Counted from the stretch's first letter, positions 1 to 9,844 are shown. The stretch is 64,000 bases of DNA from Lysobacterales bacterium (GCA_022841325.1 JALHRS010000020.1:2541-66540), one strand, 5' to 3'. Translations and numbers: made by a program. Notes: a model not told the origin generated them from the letters alone.

Positions 1-391
1 GGAGCTGGAACAGAAGCTCGGTCAGCGGGATTACCCGGCTGATGAAATCCGCTCGGCGCTGGAAGCGATGATCGAGGCAGGCGTGGTCAGTGACGAGCGC
101 GCCAGCCGCGCCCGCATCGCCAGCGGGCTGCGTCGAGGCCATGGTCCAGCCCGCATACGCCAGTCCCTGCAACAGGCTGGATTGCCGGTGGATTCAGCCA
201 TGACCGGTGATGACGACGAGGCCATCAACTGGATACAACAGGCCCGTGCAGTGGCAGAACGCAAGTTCGGCGCCACGGCACCCGGCGATTACCAGGAATG
301 GGCCCGGCGGGCGCGCTTTCTGCAGTCCAGAGGCTACGACACCCAGACCATCCACAAGGCCCTGCCTGGCGTCAGCAGCTCTGCGTTGTGA
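1..391 (+). CDS. recX: RecX recombination regulator, 3' portion (5' end outside window)
   Basis: Frame-2 ORF open from the window edge to TGA at 389-391. Helical-repeat sequence (ARIRQSLQQAGL, FLQSRGYD). Conserved recX-alaS-csrA order. Confidence 0.75.
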   Translation, partial: ELEQKLGQRDYPADEIRSALEAMIEAGVVSDERASRARIASGLRRGHGPARIRQSLQQAGLPVDSAMTGDDDEAINWIQQARAVAERKFGATAPGDYQEWARRARFLQSRGYDTQTIHKALPGVSSSAL

Positions 392-461
392 GCACCCTTG
401 TGGCGCGACCGTGGTCCAGCGGCAGCATCGAATGGTCGCGAAATCTGGCCGTCAAGAGATT

Positions 462-552
462 CAACGCGGAGAACGCAGAGGGTCGCAGAGAACGCTGAGA
501 AAAGCTGATTGTGGATTGGCTTCGTTTTTCTCCGCGTTCTCCGCGTTCTGCT
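462..552. repeat. Family-1 imperfect inverted repeat (GCGGAGAACGCAGAG / GCAGAGAACGCTGAGA arms facing TCTCCGCGTTCTCCGCGTTCTGC)
   Basis: Read directly. About 85% identical over the left arm to 49565-49624 and related to 53138-53256. Confidence 0.7.
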
Positions 553-689
553 TCCGGCATCGGCCTCCCGTTTGTTTCGGCGGCGCGTGACGTACCTATC
601 TCCGCTGACCTCAAGAGAGTGCAGTCTCGACCCCGGACAGGTTAGATTCCGGGGTTAGCTGCGTGCGCTCAAACTCAGGGTCCAATCCG

Positions 690-3449
690 ATGCAAACCAC
701 CAACCAGATTCGCCAGGCCTTCATCGACTTCTTCGTCGGCAAGGGGCATCGGCATGTGCCATCGAGTTCGCTGGTGCCGGGTGGTGACGGGACCCTACTG
801 TTCACCAATTCGGGCATGGTCCAGTTCAAGGACACCTTTCTCGGCGCCGAAAAGCGCGACTACACCCGTGCTGCATCCTCGCAGCGCTGCGTGCGTGCCG
901 GCGGCAAGCACAACGATCTGGATGCCGTCGGTTATACCGCGCGCCATCACACCTTCTTTGAAATGCTGGGCAACTTCAGCTTTGGCGACTATTTCAAGCG
1001 TGATGCCATCCATTACGCCTGGGAGCTGCTGACCGGTGTCTACGGCTTGCCCGCCGACAAGCTCTGGGTGACGGTCTACGCCACCGACGACGAAGCCTAT
1101 GAGCTCTGGAACCAGGAAATCGGCGTGCCGGCCGAGCGCATCGTGCGCATCGGCGACAACAAGGGCGCGCCCTTTGCCTCAGACAATTTCTGGCAGATGG
1201 CCGACACCGGCCCCTGCGGTCCGTGTTCGGAAATCTTCTACGACCACGGCGCCGACATCGCTGGTGGCCCGCCGGGTTCACCCGACGAAGACGGCGATCG
1301 TTACATCGAAATCTGGAATCTGGTGTTCATGCAATATGACCGCTCGGTCAGCGGCAGTGCCGAATACGCCAGCAGCGAGGCCGCCCGCGCCGCCTATGCG
1401 CAGGCGCTGGCCGACGGCAAGGTGGTGCAGCCGCCCGTGGCCGGTCGCAGCGCCGATGGGGAGCTCAAGTACACGCTCACCGAGTACCGCATGGCGCCCT
1501 TGCCCAGCCCCTGCGTCGATACCGGCATGGGTCTGGAGCGGCTGGCGGCGGTGCTGCAGCACGTGCATTCCAATTACGAGATCGATCTGTTCCAGGCGCT
1601 GATCGCGCAGGCGGCCAGGTTGACCGACACCGAAGATCTGGCCAACGCCTCGCTGCGGGTCATTGCCGATCACATCCGCGCTTGCGCCTTCCTGATCGTC
1701 GATGGCGTGCTGCCGGGCAACGAAGGTCGCGGCTATGTGCTGCGCCGGATCATCCGCCGGGCGCTGCGCCATGGCTGGAAACTGGGCGTGCGCAAGGCCT
1801 TTTTCCACCACATGGTGGCGCCGCTGGTGGCGCAGATGGGACAGGCCTATCCGGAACTGGCCGCCAAGGCCAATCTGGTCGATCAGGTACTGGCCGCCGA
1901 AGAAGAGCGCTTTGCCGAGACCCTGGACAGCGGCATGAAGGTCTTTGAGCAGATCGCGGCAAAGAACACCGGGCAGATTCCGGGGGCGGATGCTTTCCGT
2001 CTGTATGACACCTATGGCTTTCCGGTTGATCTGACCGCCGACGTGGCCCGCGAGCGCGGCATGTCGGTGGACATGGACGGCTTCGAGCAGTCCATGACTG
2101 CCCAGCGCGACCGCGCCCGCAGTGCCAGCCAGTTCGGCGGCGGCGTGCAGGTCACGGCCGAGCACGTGGCCGGTCTGCCGGCCACCGAGTTCTGCGGCTA
2201 TCACGATGAGGCCATCGAGCAGGCCAGGGTGTTGCGTATTCTGGTCGATGGGCAGGTGCGCGATCAGATTGTCGGCGGTGATCGCGCGCTGATCATCCTC
2301 GATCGCACGCCTTTCTACGCCGAGAGTGGCGGTCAGCAGGGCGATCAGGGCCGGCTCAGTGCCGAGAACGGCGTCTTCGCCGTGGCCGATACCATCAAGC
2401 TGGCGGCGGTTTTCCACGGCCACCTGGGTCAGCTCGACGCCGGCGTGCTTCGCGTCGGCGACACTGTCAGCGCCAGGATCGATCACGAGCGCCGCAGCGC
2501 CATCGTCCTCAATCATTCCGCCACGCACCTGCTGCACGCGGCGCTGCGCGAGGAACTGGGCGATCACGTGCAGCAGAAGGGCAGTCTGGTGGCGCCCGAC
2601 CGCCTGCGCTTCGATTTCTCCCACTTCCAGCCGATTGCGCCGGAGCAGCTGCAGCGCATCGAGAATCGGGTCAATGAACAGATTCGCGCCAACGCGCAGG
2701 CCGAAGTCCATCACATGGGCATGCAGGAAGCCCTCGATTTCGGCGCCATGGCGCTCTTTGGCGAAAAGTATGGCGACCACGTGCGCGTGCTGAAGATGGG
2801 CGATTTCTCCACCGAACTCTGTGGTGGCACCCATGTATCCCGCGCTGGCGACATCGGTCTGTTCAAGATCTTGAGCGAAACCGGCATTTCCTCCGGCGTG
2901 CGCCGTATCGAGGCGATCACCGGCGCCGTCGCCGTGGCCCATGTGCAGGAGCAGGAACAGCGCTTGCGTGAGCTGGCCGGCATGCTCGGCGGCGGCGATC
3001 AGGTTATCGCCAAGGTGCAGGCCTTGCTTGAGCGCATCAAGCGTGACGAGCGCGAACTGGCGGCGATGAAGTCCAGGGCCGCCAGTGCCTCCGTGGACGA
3101 CATGGTGTCCGGTGCCGTGACCGTGGGCGATATCCGCGTGCTGGCGGCACGGCTGGAAGGCATCGATGCCAAGGTGCTGCGCGAGATGCTCGACAAGCTC
3201 AAGCAGTTGCTCGGTGACGCCGTGGTCGTGCTGGCCTCGGCCCAGGACGGCAAGGCCACCCTCATTGCCGGCGTCAGCGGCAGCGCACTCGGCCGCATCA
3301 AGGCCGGCGAAGTGCTGGCGCACGTGGCCTCCCAGGCCGGTGGCAAGGGCGGCGGCCGCCCCGACATGGCCCAGGGTGGCTGCAATGACATTCCGGAACT
3401 GCAAGCCGCATTCAAGGCGCTGCCGGAATTTGTGGGCGGCAAGCTGTAA
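690..3449 (+). CDS. alaS: Alanine--tRNA ligase
   Basis: 919-aa ORF from ATG 690 ([15 protein letters not shown]). Class II motifs, HSATHLLH editing motif, C-terminal [11 protein letters not shown]. Carries an extra segment at 1344-1496. Confidence 0.97.
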   Translation: MQTTNQIRQAFIDFFVGKGHRHVPSSSLVPGGDGTLLFTNSGMVQFKDTFLGAEKRDYTRAASSQRCVRAGGKHNDLDAVGYTARHHTFFEMLGNFSFGDYFKRDAIHYAWELLTGVYGLPADKLWVTVYATDDEAYELWNQEIGVPAERIVRIGDNKGAPFASDNFWQMADTGPCGPCSEIFYDHGADIAGGPPGSPDEDGDRYIEIWNLVFMQYDRSVSGSAEYASSEAARAAYAQALADGKVVQPPVAGRSADGELKYTLTEYRMAPLPSPCVDTGMGLERLAAVLQHVHSNYEIDLFQALIAQAARLTDTEDLANASLRVIADHIRACAFLIVDGVLPGNEGRGYVLRRIIRRALRHGWKLGVRKAFFHHMVAPLVAQMGQAYPELAAKANLVDQVLAAEEERFAETLDSGMKVFEQIAAKNTGQIPGADAFRLYDTYGFPVDLTADVARERGMSVDMDGFEQSMTAQRDRARSASQFGGGVQVTAEHVAGLPATEFCGYHDEAIEQARVLRILVDGQVRDQIVGGDRALIILDRTPFYAESGGQQGDQGRLSAENGVFAVADTIKLAAVFHGHLGQLDAGVLRVGDTVSARIDHERRSAIVLNHSATHLLHAALREELGDHVQQKGSLVAPDRLRFDFSHFQPIAPEQLQRIENRVNEQIRANAQAEVHHMGMQEALDFGAMALFGEKYGDHVRVLKMGDFSTELCGGTHVSRAGDIGLFKILSETGISSGVRRIEAITGAVAVAHVQEQEQRLRELAGMLGGGDQVIAKVQALLERIKRDERELAAMKSRAASASVDDMVSGAVTVGDIRVLAARLEGIDAKVLREMLDKLKQLLGDAVVVLASAQDGKATLIAGVSGSALGRIKAGEVLAHVASQAGGKGGGRPDMAQGGCNDIPELQAAFKALPEFVGGKL

Positions 3450-3840
3450 TCTGGAGGGGAGGGGTCATTTCAAGCACCCTTGTCGTGCTGACATTGCGCA
3501 CGGGCCTTGAACGAATCGCGTGGCTCGGAGCAACTTGAGGAGGGCCGCGCGCCTGCGCGGCCGCTCTTGATCTTCGGTCGGCACAAGGCGGCGCCGCGGC
3601 GCGGCGCCGTCCACGCCAGCGGCCGAAACTGCGCCGTCCCCATGGGTCTGTCAGCAGCCGTGCCCGGCCTCGAAGTCACCTGGGCCACCGATGGCATTGC
3701 TCTTGGTCCCCCGACTACGCTACCATTCGCGTTTCGCGCAGACAGGAATGGTCGCGCGTTGTGACAGGGACAGTTACGGGTGCGCTGTTGGGCACTCACG
3801 ATATCCTGGGTAGTCTCCGGGGTGGCGGCAGGAGGAATGG

Positions 3841-4047
3841 ATGCTGATCTTGACGCGTCGCGTCGGCGAAGCCCTGATGATCGGTGATCAGGTGTCGGTG
3901 ACGGTGCTTGGTGTTAAAGGCAATCAGGTGCGTATCGGTATCAACGCGCCGAAGGATGTCGCAGTTCATCGCGAAGAGATTTATCAAAGAATTCGCAAGG
4001 AAGACGGCACCGAGGGCGATGTCCCCTCAACAGACGCCGAATCCTGA
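3841..4047 (+). CDS. csrA: Carbon storage regulator CsrA
   Basis: [41 protein letters not shown] is a near-canonical CsrA sequence. GGAGGA RBS 6 nt upstream. Confidence 0.95.
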   Translation: MLILTRRVGEALMIGDQVSVTVLGVKGNQVRIGINAPKDVAVHREEIYQRIRKEDGTEGDVPSTDAES

Positions 4048-4054
4048 CGATCAC

Positions 4055-4147
4055 GGAGAGATGCCCGAGAGGCCGAAGGGGCTCCCCTGCTAAGGGAGTA
4101 TGGGTGCAAAACACCCATCCAGGGTTCGAATCCCTGTCTCTCCGCCA
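4055..4147 (+). tRNA. tRNA-Ser (anticodon GCU)
   Basis: Cloverleaf folded by hand: acceptor GGAGAGA/TCTCTCC, anticodon loop CTGCTAA, long variable arm, GGTTCGAATCC T-arm, encoded CCA. Confidence 0.95.
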
Positions 4148-4153
4148 AATACC

Positions 4154-4186
4154 AAGCCCAGTCCAGCGATGGTCTGGGCTTTTTTG
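4154..4186 (+). terminator. Rho-independent terminator after tRNA-Ser
   Basis: AAGCCCAG ... CTGGGCTT stem followed by TTTTT. Confidence 0.7.
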
Positions 4187-4344
4187 TGTGCGCTCGGAGC
4201 GGCTGGCGCTGATTTTCATCCGTCGCTTGCATCGCGCGGCAGGCTGCGCGCCGCGGTGGGGTTGTCAGGGTAAGCCAGGATCACGTTCTCATCCCCGCCG
4301 CTATTGCCTGGAGCTTCGACGCTGTTTCCAGACGTGTCTGAAGC

Positions 4345-5103
4345 TCAGCGTCGCAGCGAGTTCCGGGCGTCGACGTGGTGCGCGGATTCGGCGCTGACCT
4401 TGCCGTCGTAGGTGCAGTCGAAGCCAGCCGAATCCTCGGTGATCGACCAGCGCTCTTCCTGCTCTTCGCCGGTGCGCTTGGTATAGGAGACGGTCACGCC
4501 GAATTGCTCGGGCAACTCATGGCGCTGGATGAAGGCAATGATCTCGCCGCCGGTGACCAGGGTAGGGTGAGTCTCATCGATGAAATGCATGCGATCCTGG
4601 TAATGCCAGTACAGCGACACGCCCCAGATCTGGGCGCCGTTGTTCTTCAGGACCAGCACGATGGCTGAATCACCCATCGAGCTTTCCGGACGCAGGAACA
4701 GTCGCGGGTCGTCTGCTGCGTACATGAAGTCCGGGATCTGCTCGATGGCATTGCCGCTGCGCTGGGACAGCCTCGCGGCTTTCGCCATCTGTTCGCGCTG
4801 CATGCGGATCTCCTCGCGCTGCATGGCCAGTTCCCGGGTCTGCGCCTGCAGGCCCAGCCACACCAGCACCAGGGCCAGCACCGTGGCCATGCTGCCGAAG
4901 GTGCTGGCTGCCACGGCGATCGAGAAACCCGAGCTGGTGTTACCAGCGACGACCCCGACCACCAGCGACAGCAGGAATCCGATGGCGATGAGCTGATTGG
5001 TGGTGGGCACTTGGATATCCCGAATATCTGGCAACGCCCTGATCGTGGCACGTCGCGCATGCGCTGGAAAGCCCGCGGGCGATCGTGCATCGCTGATTGA
5101 CAA
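4345..5103 (-). CDS. Hypothetical membrane protein (two hydrophobic helices, Q/E/R-rich coiled-coil segment, soluble C-terminal domain)
   Basis: 252-aa ORF. Hydrophobic stretches LIAIGFLLSLVVGVVAG and FGSMATVLALVLVWLGL. No family recognised. An alternative GTG start lies at 5010. Confidence 0.5.
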   Translation of the reverse strand: MSISDARSPAGFPAHARRATIRALPDIRDIQVPTTNQLIAIGFLLSLVVGVVAGNTSSGFSIAVAASTFGSMATVLALVLVWLGLQAQTRELAMQREEIRMQREQMAKAARLSQRSGNAIEQIPDFMYAADDPRLFLRPESSMGDSAIVLVLKNNGAQIWGVSLYWHYQDRMHFIDETHPTLVTGGEIIAFIQRHELPEQFGVTVSYTKRTGEEQEERWSITEDSAGFDCTYDGKVSAESAHHVDARNSLRR

Positions 5104-5166
5104 TTGTCGTCCTGTTTGCCGCGCTTGACGCTGGCGTACGGTCGCCGTGGTGACTACGATGCGGCA

Positions 5167-8100
5167 ATGCGCACTCTCGCCAGACTGCTCGTCGTCTTCT
5201 GTCTACTGTGGGCATGCCGCGCGCAAGCCTTTCCACAACTCGCCCCGTACTTCGAAACGGTGGGCGACGGCGAGTCGATTCCGGACAACAATGTTTCTGC
5301 TCTGGCGCAGGACGGGTCCGGTTTCATCTGGATAGGGACGCCCGCGGGCCTGTTGCGCTACGACGGTTATCGATTCCGCAGCTTCGCTGGCGACGATGGC
5401 GACGCCCGCTCGTTGGCCGGCGACTTCGTGCGTTCGCTGCTGAGCGGCAGTGATGGGCGCTTGTGGATCGGGACCAATGCCGACGGTGTGGCGGTGCTTG
5501 ATGCCGACGGGGTCGGGGTCACCCGGGTGCGCGCTGCGGCCGATGGCTTGTCCAGCAATACCGTGCGTGCGCTGGCCGAAGACGGCAGCGGCGGCGTATG
5601 GATCGGTACCCGTGAGGGGCTGGATTACTGGCCGCGCAGAGAGGTCGGTATCCGGCACTACCGCCAGCGTTTCGGTGCCGATGGCGACGTCGATGACGAG
5701 CACATCACGGCACTGCTGTTGGACGCAGAGGGCAATCTGTGGGTGGGCAGCTGGGGTGGGCTCAGCGTGCGCAGGTCCAACTCCCCGATCTTCGAGCGCA
5801 TCGATCGCTTTGATGCCTCCAGCAATCCGTCCGACCGGGTGCAAGTTCAAAGCTTGCTCCAAATGGGCGACGGTACGCTGATCGTCGGCACCGCGCGCAG
5901 CGGCAGTTTCGCGCTGGCCACGGGCAGCTCGACGCTGCGACCGATCCCGGCGGGCGATGAAAACCGCAGTGCCGTGCAGCCGGCCGTGCTGAGTCTGCTG
6001 GAGCCCCGCCCGGGAATCCTCTGGATCGGCGTTTTTGGTGGGATAGATGTACTCGATGCTCGGAGCTTCCGGCTGGTGCGGCAGATTCGGCCCAATTCGG
6101 CGGTGGCCTCCAGCCTGGCCCACGATCAGATTCGCAGCATGCTGCGTGATCAGGCCGGGGAGATCTGGGTCGGCGGCTACGGCGGTGGACTGCAACGGCA
6201 CAATCCGGCCAACGACGCCATCGGCGTGCTGCGTCACAGCCCGGGTCGCCCGGAAACCCTCAGCAACCCGAGCGTGTCCAGTGTGCTGGAGGCGGCAGAC
6301 GGGCGGATCTGGATCGGCACCCGCGGCAATGGCATTGATCTCTGGGACCGTGGGCAGGGTGTCATCGGTGGCTTCCGCCCGGATCCGGACGACCCCAAGG
6401 CGCTGCGCAACGGCGTGATCTCCAGTCTGACGCAGTCCGCGGACGGCACGATCTGGGTAGGAACCGTCGACGGCCTGCATCAATATGAGCGCGATACCAA
6501 CGAGTTCGCCTGGTGGGGGCCCGATCAGGGCTTGCCGGATGTCTACGTGCGGCGCTTGCTGGCCTCCGCCGGTGGCGAGCTCTGGATCGGCACCGACGCA
6601 GGCCTGGCCCGAAGGCGAGTGGGTGGGGCGGTCATTGAGCAACTGCGTGCCATCGATGACTCTCCGGTCAGGGCGGACGTCAATGCCCTGGTTGAAACCG
6701 CCGACGGCGGATTATGGGTGGGCAGCTCGGCTGGACTGTACCGGGTTGATGCCGGCCAGGAGCGGCTGCGCCAGATCCAGATCAAGGCTGGCGATGGCAG
6801 TGCGATGGATCAGGTCAGCGTGCTCGGTCTGCTGCTCGATCGCAGCGATCGGCTCTGGGCCGACACCCCTGTGGGCCTGCATCAGGTGCGACTGTCAGAC
6901 CCTGATCACGCCGTGCTTGTTCCCGCAGCCGTGCGCCCAGGTCAGCCGGTCAGGCCCTTCGGTGCGAATCTGCTGGAGGACCCGCTCGGACGTATCTGGA
7001 GTCAGCGTTTCGTCTACGATCCCAAGGCTGGCAGTCTGTATGAGCTGGGGCGCGCCGACGGCGCTGACCTTGGTACCGCCTGGTTCCGCAGCTACACCCA
7101 GACCCGCGACGGCACCCTGTTGTTCGGTGGCAGCAAGGGTCTGATGGTGGTCGATCCTCGGGGTTTCGCGCCCTGGCAATACCAGCCGCCGATGGTGGTG
7201 ACCGAGTTGCTGCTGGGTGGAGTGCAGGCGTCGATCGGATCCGCGGCGGCGGGCTTCAAGGTCAGTCCCGAGCAACGTGGATTCGCACTGGAGTTTGCGG
7301 CGCTGGATTTCAGTTCACCACTGCGACTTCGATATCAGTATCGGCTTGATGGCTTTGACCGCGACTGGATCGAGACCGATGCCACCCGGCGCGTTGCCAG
7401 CTACAACAGTCTGAGTCCGGGCGATTATGTGCTGCGCGTGCGCGGCAGTGCCCGAACCGGGGTGATGAGTCCCCATGAACTGCGAATCCCGGTGCAGGTC
7501 ATTCCGGCCTTCTGGCAGTCCTGGTGGTTCCGTGCGCTGGTGGTGCTGGCGTCGGTGTTGCTGCTGGTGCTTGGATTGCGTATGCGCGAGCACGGCTTGC
7601 GCCGTCGTTCCGCCAGGCTGGAACAGCTCGTGGCTGAGCGCACCGCCGAATTGACGCAGTCCAAGGAAAGCGCGGAGACAGCGCTGCAACAGCTGCAGAA
7701 TGCCCAGATGGAATTGGTGGCGCGCGAGAAGATGGCCTCCCTGGGCCAGTTGGTGGCCGGCGTGGCCCACGAGATCAACACCCCGGTGGGTGTGGCACTG
7801 ACCGCCTCGTCCTATCTGGCCGAGCGCAGCGCCGCCCTGGCGGAAGCTCTGGAAGCCAATGCCCTGCGTCGCAATACGCTCGCTGAATTTGCGACCCAGG
7901 CCAGCAACGCCAGCCAGATCATCCATCAGAATCTGGCGCGGGCTTCAGAGCTGGTGCGCAACTTCAAGCAGGTCTCGGTGGATCGGAGCAAGGATGACCG
8001 GCGCCAGTTCGATCTGGCACAGAATCTGGCGGCCGTGGTGAGCAGTCTGGAAATCACCTGGAAGCGGCGTCCGATCACGCTGACCCTGGATTGCGCCGAT

Positions 8101-8463
8101 GACATTCTGCTCGACAGTTATCCCGGTGCCTTGGGGCAGGTGATCAGCAACCTGATCCAGAATGCGCTGCTGCACGGCTTTCCTGAAAACCGGGCCGGCC
8201 AGATGCGCCTGTCGGCCTCATTGACGCCAGCCGGGCTGGTGCAGGTGGTGTTCGAAGACAATGGTGCCGGCATCGGCAGCAAGGAGTTGGCTCGGGTCTT
8301 CGAGCCCTTCTACACCACCCGGCGAGCGCAGGGCGGCAGTGGTCTGGGACTGCACATCGTCTACAACCTGGTGACCGTGCAGTTGGGCGGTCGGGTCGCG
8401 GTTGCAGGTGCTCCGGACCTTGGCATGCGTTTCGAGCTGACTTTTCCCAGGGTGGCGCCGTGA
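5167..8463 (+). CDS. Sensor histidine kinase with periplasmic beta-propeller (Reg_prop-type) repeats and Y_Y_Y-like domain
   Basis: Signal peptide MRTLARLLVVFCLLWACRAQA. More than 10 repeats of the G.LWIGT..GL type. TM segment WWFRALVVLASVLLLVLGL. H-box GVAHEINTPVG. HATPase N/G boxes (NLIQNALLHG, DNGAGI, GSGLGL). Confidence 0.85.
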   Translation: MRTLARLLVVFCLLWACRAQAFPQLAPYFETVGDGESIPDNNVSALAQDGSGFIWIGTPAGLLRYDGYRFRSFAGDDGDARSLAGDFVRSLLSGSDGRLWIGTNADGVAVLDADGVGVTRVRAAADGLSSNTVRALAEDGSGGVWIGTREGLDYWPRREVGIRHYRQRFGADGDVDDEHITALLLDAEGNLWVGSWGGLSVRRSNSPIFERIDRFDASSNPSDRVQVQSLLQMGDGTLIVGTARSGSFALATGSSTLRPIPAGDENRSAVQPAVLSLLEPRPGILWIGVFGGIDVLDARSFRLVRQIRPNSAVASSLAHDQIRSMLRDQAGEIWVGGYGGGLQRHNPANDAIGVLRHSPGRPETLSNPSVSSVLEAADGRIWIGTRGNGIDLWDRGQGVIGGFRPDPDDPKALRNGVISSLTQSADGTIWVGTVDGLHQYERDTNEFAWWGPDQGLPDVYVRRLLASAGGELWIGTDAGLARRRVGGAVIEQLRAIDDSPVRADVNALVETADGGLWVGSSAGLYRVDAGQERLRQIQIKAGDGSAMDQVSVLGLLLDRSDRLWADTPVGLHQVRLSDPDHAVLVPAAVRPGQPVRPFGANLLEDPLGRIWSQRFVYDPKAGSLYELGRADGADLGTAWFRSYTQTRDGTLLFGGSKGLMVVDPRGFAPWQYQPPMVVTELLLGGVQASIGSAAAGFKVSPEQRGFALEFAALDFSSPLRLRYQYRLDGFDRDWIETDATRRVASYNSLSPGDYVLRVRGSARTGVMSPHELRIPVQVIPAFWQSWWFRALVVLASVLLLVLGLRMREHGLRRRSARLEQLVAERTAELTQSKESAETALQQLQNAQMELVAREKMASLGQLVAGVAHEINTPVGVALTASSYLAERSAALAEALEANALRRNTLAEFATQASNASQIIHQNLARASELVRNFKQVSVDRSKDDRRQFDLAQNLAAVVSSLEITWKRRPITLTLDCADDILLDSYPGALGQVISNLIQNALLHGFPENRAGQMRLSASLTPAGLVQVVFEDNGAGIGSKELARVFEPFYTTRRAQGGSGLGLHIVYNLVTVQLGGRVAVAGAPDLGMRFELTFPRVAP

Positions 8464-8563
8464 AATGCTCCTTGCCTCGGCATGATCGGCAGTGTGCAGG
8501 CGCTGGTCGATTCCAGGCGTTCAATGCAGACTGCGGGTCTGACGGTCGGCGAGGGAGCTGCAG

Positions 8564-8962
8564 GTGCGATTGACCTTGTTGATGTGGGCGATGCTGAGCC
8601 TGTTGCTGTCGGCCTGCGCTGAAGATCCGGCACCGCAGCCGGCGAGCGCTCAATCCCGGCCCGTTCCGGCGGTACCTGCGGCGCCCCCGCCCGCGCCGGA
8701 CCTGGCGGCGTCGAATGCGTCGGATGACGCTGATGCCGACCCGCAGGAAGTGGAACTGCAGGCCCGGTTGAGCGCCGCCCAATCCTATCTGGAAGTCGCG
8801 ACCGACAGTGCCAGAAAGCGCTACGAGCAGTCCCTGCAGAATTGCCGGCGATTGCAGGCTTCCGATCGAGCCGACTGCGAAACCAGCGCGGTCGCCAGCG
8901 AGGAGGCCGAGTTGCGGGCGGCGCGGGTAGAGTTCGATCGACGCATGAGCGAAGGCGAATAA
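8564..8962 (+). CDS. Hypothetical lipoprotein
   Basis: GTG start. Lipobox LLLSAC, Pro/Ala-rich linker, helical C-terminus. No family recognised. Confidence 0.5.
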   Translation: MRLTLLMWAMLSLLLSACAEDPAPQPASAQSRPVPAVPAAPPPAPDLAASNASDDADADPQEVELQARLSAAQSYLEVATDSARKRYEQSLQNCRRLQASDRADCETSAVASEEAELRAARVEFDRRMSEGE

Positions 8963-9016
8963 GCGGGGCTGGAAAAAACTTATGTCAGACCGGCAAGAAA
9001 AGCCGCGATCAAGGGC

Positions 9017-9045
9017 TTGACGGCGATCGAATCACGCCACATAAT
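9017..9045 (+). promoter_or_regulatory. Sigma70-type promoter for the tRNA cluster (TTGACG-N17-CATAAT)
   Basis: -35 at 9017-9022 and -10 at 9040-9045, 12 nt upstream of tRNA-Arg. Confidence 0.55.
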
Positions 9046-9057
9046 TCTCGTTTCTAC

Positions 9058-9134
9058 GCGCCCGTAGCTCAGTTGGATAGAGTACCTGGCTACGAACCAG
9101 GTGGTCGGAGGTTCGAATCCTTCCGGGCGCGCCA
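9058..9134 (+). tRNA. tRNA-Arg (anticodon ACG)
   Basis: Acceptor GCGCCCG/CGGGCGC, anticodon loop CTACGAA, encoded CCA. Confidence 0.95.
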
Positions 9135-9147
9135 ATGTGTGGCATAG

Positions 9148-9178
9148 ACGCCCGAACTGGTTTCGGGCGTTGATGTTT
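9148..9178 (+). terminator. Terminator-like hairpin after tRNA-Arg(ACG)
   Basis: ACGCCCGAA-CTGGT-TTCGGGCGT followed by TGATGTTT. Confidence 0.45.
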
Positions 9179-9205
9179 GGGGGGTGCAATTGGCGGTCTG
9201 TAGGT

Positions 9206-9234
9206 TTGACCGGCATTTGAGGCCGTCGTATTGT
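9206..9234 (+). promoter_or_regulatory. Candidate sigma70 promoter (TTGACC-N17-TATTGT) for the downstream five tRNAs
   Basis: -35 at 9206-9211 and -10 at 9229-9234. A second TATTGT lies at 9243-9248. Confidence 0.4.
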
Positions 9235-9266
9235 GGTGGTGGTATTGTGTCGTCGCGGCAAGTTTG

Positions 9267-9343
9267 CGGGGTATAGCGCAGCCTGGTAGCGCGCCAGCTT
9301 TGGGAGCTGGATGTCGTGGGTTCGAATCCCCCTACCCCGACCA
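9267..9343 (+). tRNA. tRNA-Pro (anticodon UGG)
   Basis: Acceptor CGGGGTA/TACCCCG, anticodon stem CCAGC/GCTGG, loop TTTGGGA (U33, G37), encoded CCA. Confidence 0.9.
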
Positions 9344-9400
9344 TCTTTCCCCGGTAAACAGTGGGCAAGAGGGGCGCGGTCGGCGAGACTACGGAGCGTT

Positions 9401-9477
9401 GCGCCCGTAGCTCAACCGGATAGAGCATCGGCCTTCTAAGCCGAGGGTTGCAGGTTCGATTCCTGTCGGGCGCGCCA
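9401..9477 (+). tRNA. tRNA-Arg (anticodon UCU)
   Basis: Acceptor GCGCCCG/CGGGCGC, anticodon loop CTTCTAA, encoded CCA. Confidence 0.95.
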
Positions 9478-9495
9478 GTGGTACAGGTTTACGGT

Positions 9496-9572
9496 GGTGG
9501 ATGTAGCTCAGCTGGTAGAGCATCGGATTGTGATTCCGACGGTCGCGGGTTCGAGCCCCGTCATCCACCCCA
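9496..9572 (+). tRNA. tRNA-His (anticodon GUG) with encoded G-1
   Basis: Extra 5' G facing C73. Acceptor GTGGATG/CATCCAC. Anticodon loop TTGTGAT. Confidence 0.95.
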
Positions 9573-9596
9573 ACAACCTCGGGATGCCGTTTCTGT

Positions 9597-9671
9597 GGGC
9601 TGTTAGCTCAATGGTAGAGCAGCTGACTCTTAATCAGTAGGTTCGGGGTTCGAGTCCCTGACAGCCCACCA
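9597..9671 (+). tRNA. tRNA-Lys (anticodon CUU)
   Basis: Acceptor GGGCTGT/ACAGCCC, anticodon loop CTCTTAA, encoded CCA. Confidence 0.93.
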
Positions 9672-9705
9672 ACTCGCCGCTTGCCCCGCGTCAGCAGTCG
9701 GTCAT

Positions 9706-9789
9706 GCGAAAGTGGCGGAATGGTAGACGCGCTGGACTTAGAATCCAGTGGGGCAACCCGTGAGAGTTCGAGTCTCTCCTTTCGCACCA
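9706..9789 (+). tRNA. tRNA-Leu (anticodon UAG)
   Basis: Acceptor GCGAAAG/CTTTCGC, anticodon loop CTTAGAA, long variable arm, encoded CCA. Confidence 0.93.
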
Positions 9790-9844
9790 GAATCGGGCAG
9801 GCGCCTGGCGCCATGCGCGTATGTTTTGTGACTTTGGAGGTTTC

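Noticed and set aside
1278-3404. 708-aa ORF antisense to alaS. Similar long antisense or alternate-frame ORFs occur at 5203-6642(-), 14766-16502(-), 17344-19197(-), 30387-31610(+), 36299-37894(-), 41941-43575(-), 47954-49120(-) and 61459-62679(-).
   Set aside because: These are shadow ORFs typical of about 65% GC DNA. Their translations are Arg/Ala/Gly/His-rich with no recognisable motifs, and each fully overlaps a gene with unambiguous conserved motifs on the other strand or frame.
3450-3840. Possible Csr-type sRNA or missing gene in the 390-nt alaS-csrA spacer.
   Set aside because: Only two GGA-containing motifs are present, with no repeated stem-loop pattern and no convincing ORF. There is nothing I can support beyond a GC hairpin at about 3544-3563.
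4329-4340. Perfect 12-nt palindrome CAGACGTGTCTG resembling the CCAGAC-NN-GTCTGG core of the composite element.
   Set aside because: About 15 perfect 12-nt palindromes are expected by chance in 64 kb. None of the flanking linker or heptamer modules is present.
4055-5103. Genomic island integrated at tRNA-Ser(GCU); likewise considered at tRNA-Ser(CGA), 27745.
   Set aside because: There is no integrase or recombinase, no direct repeat of the tRNA 3' end downstream, and no obvious compositional break. Neighbouring genes are ordinary chromosomal functions.
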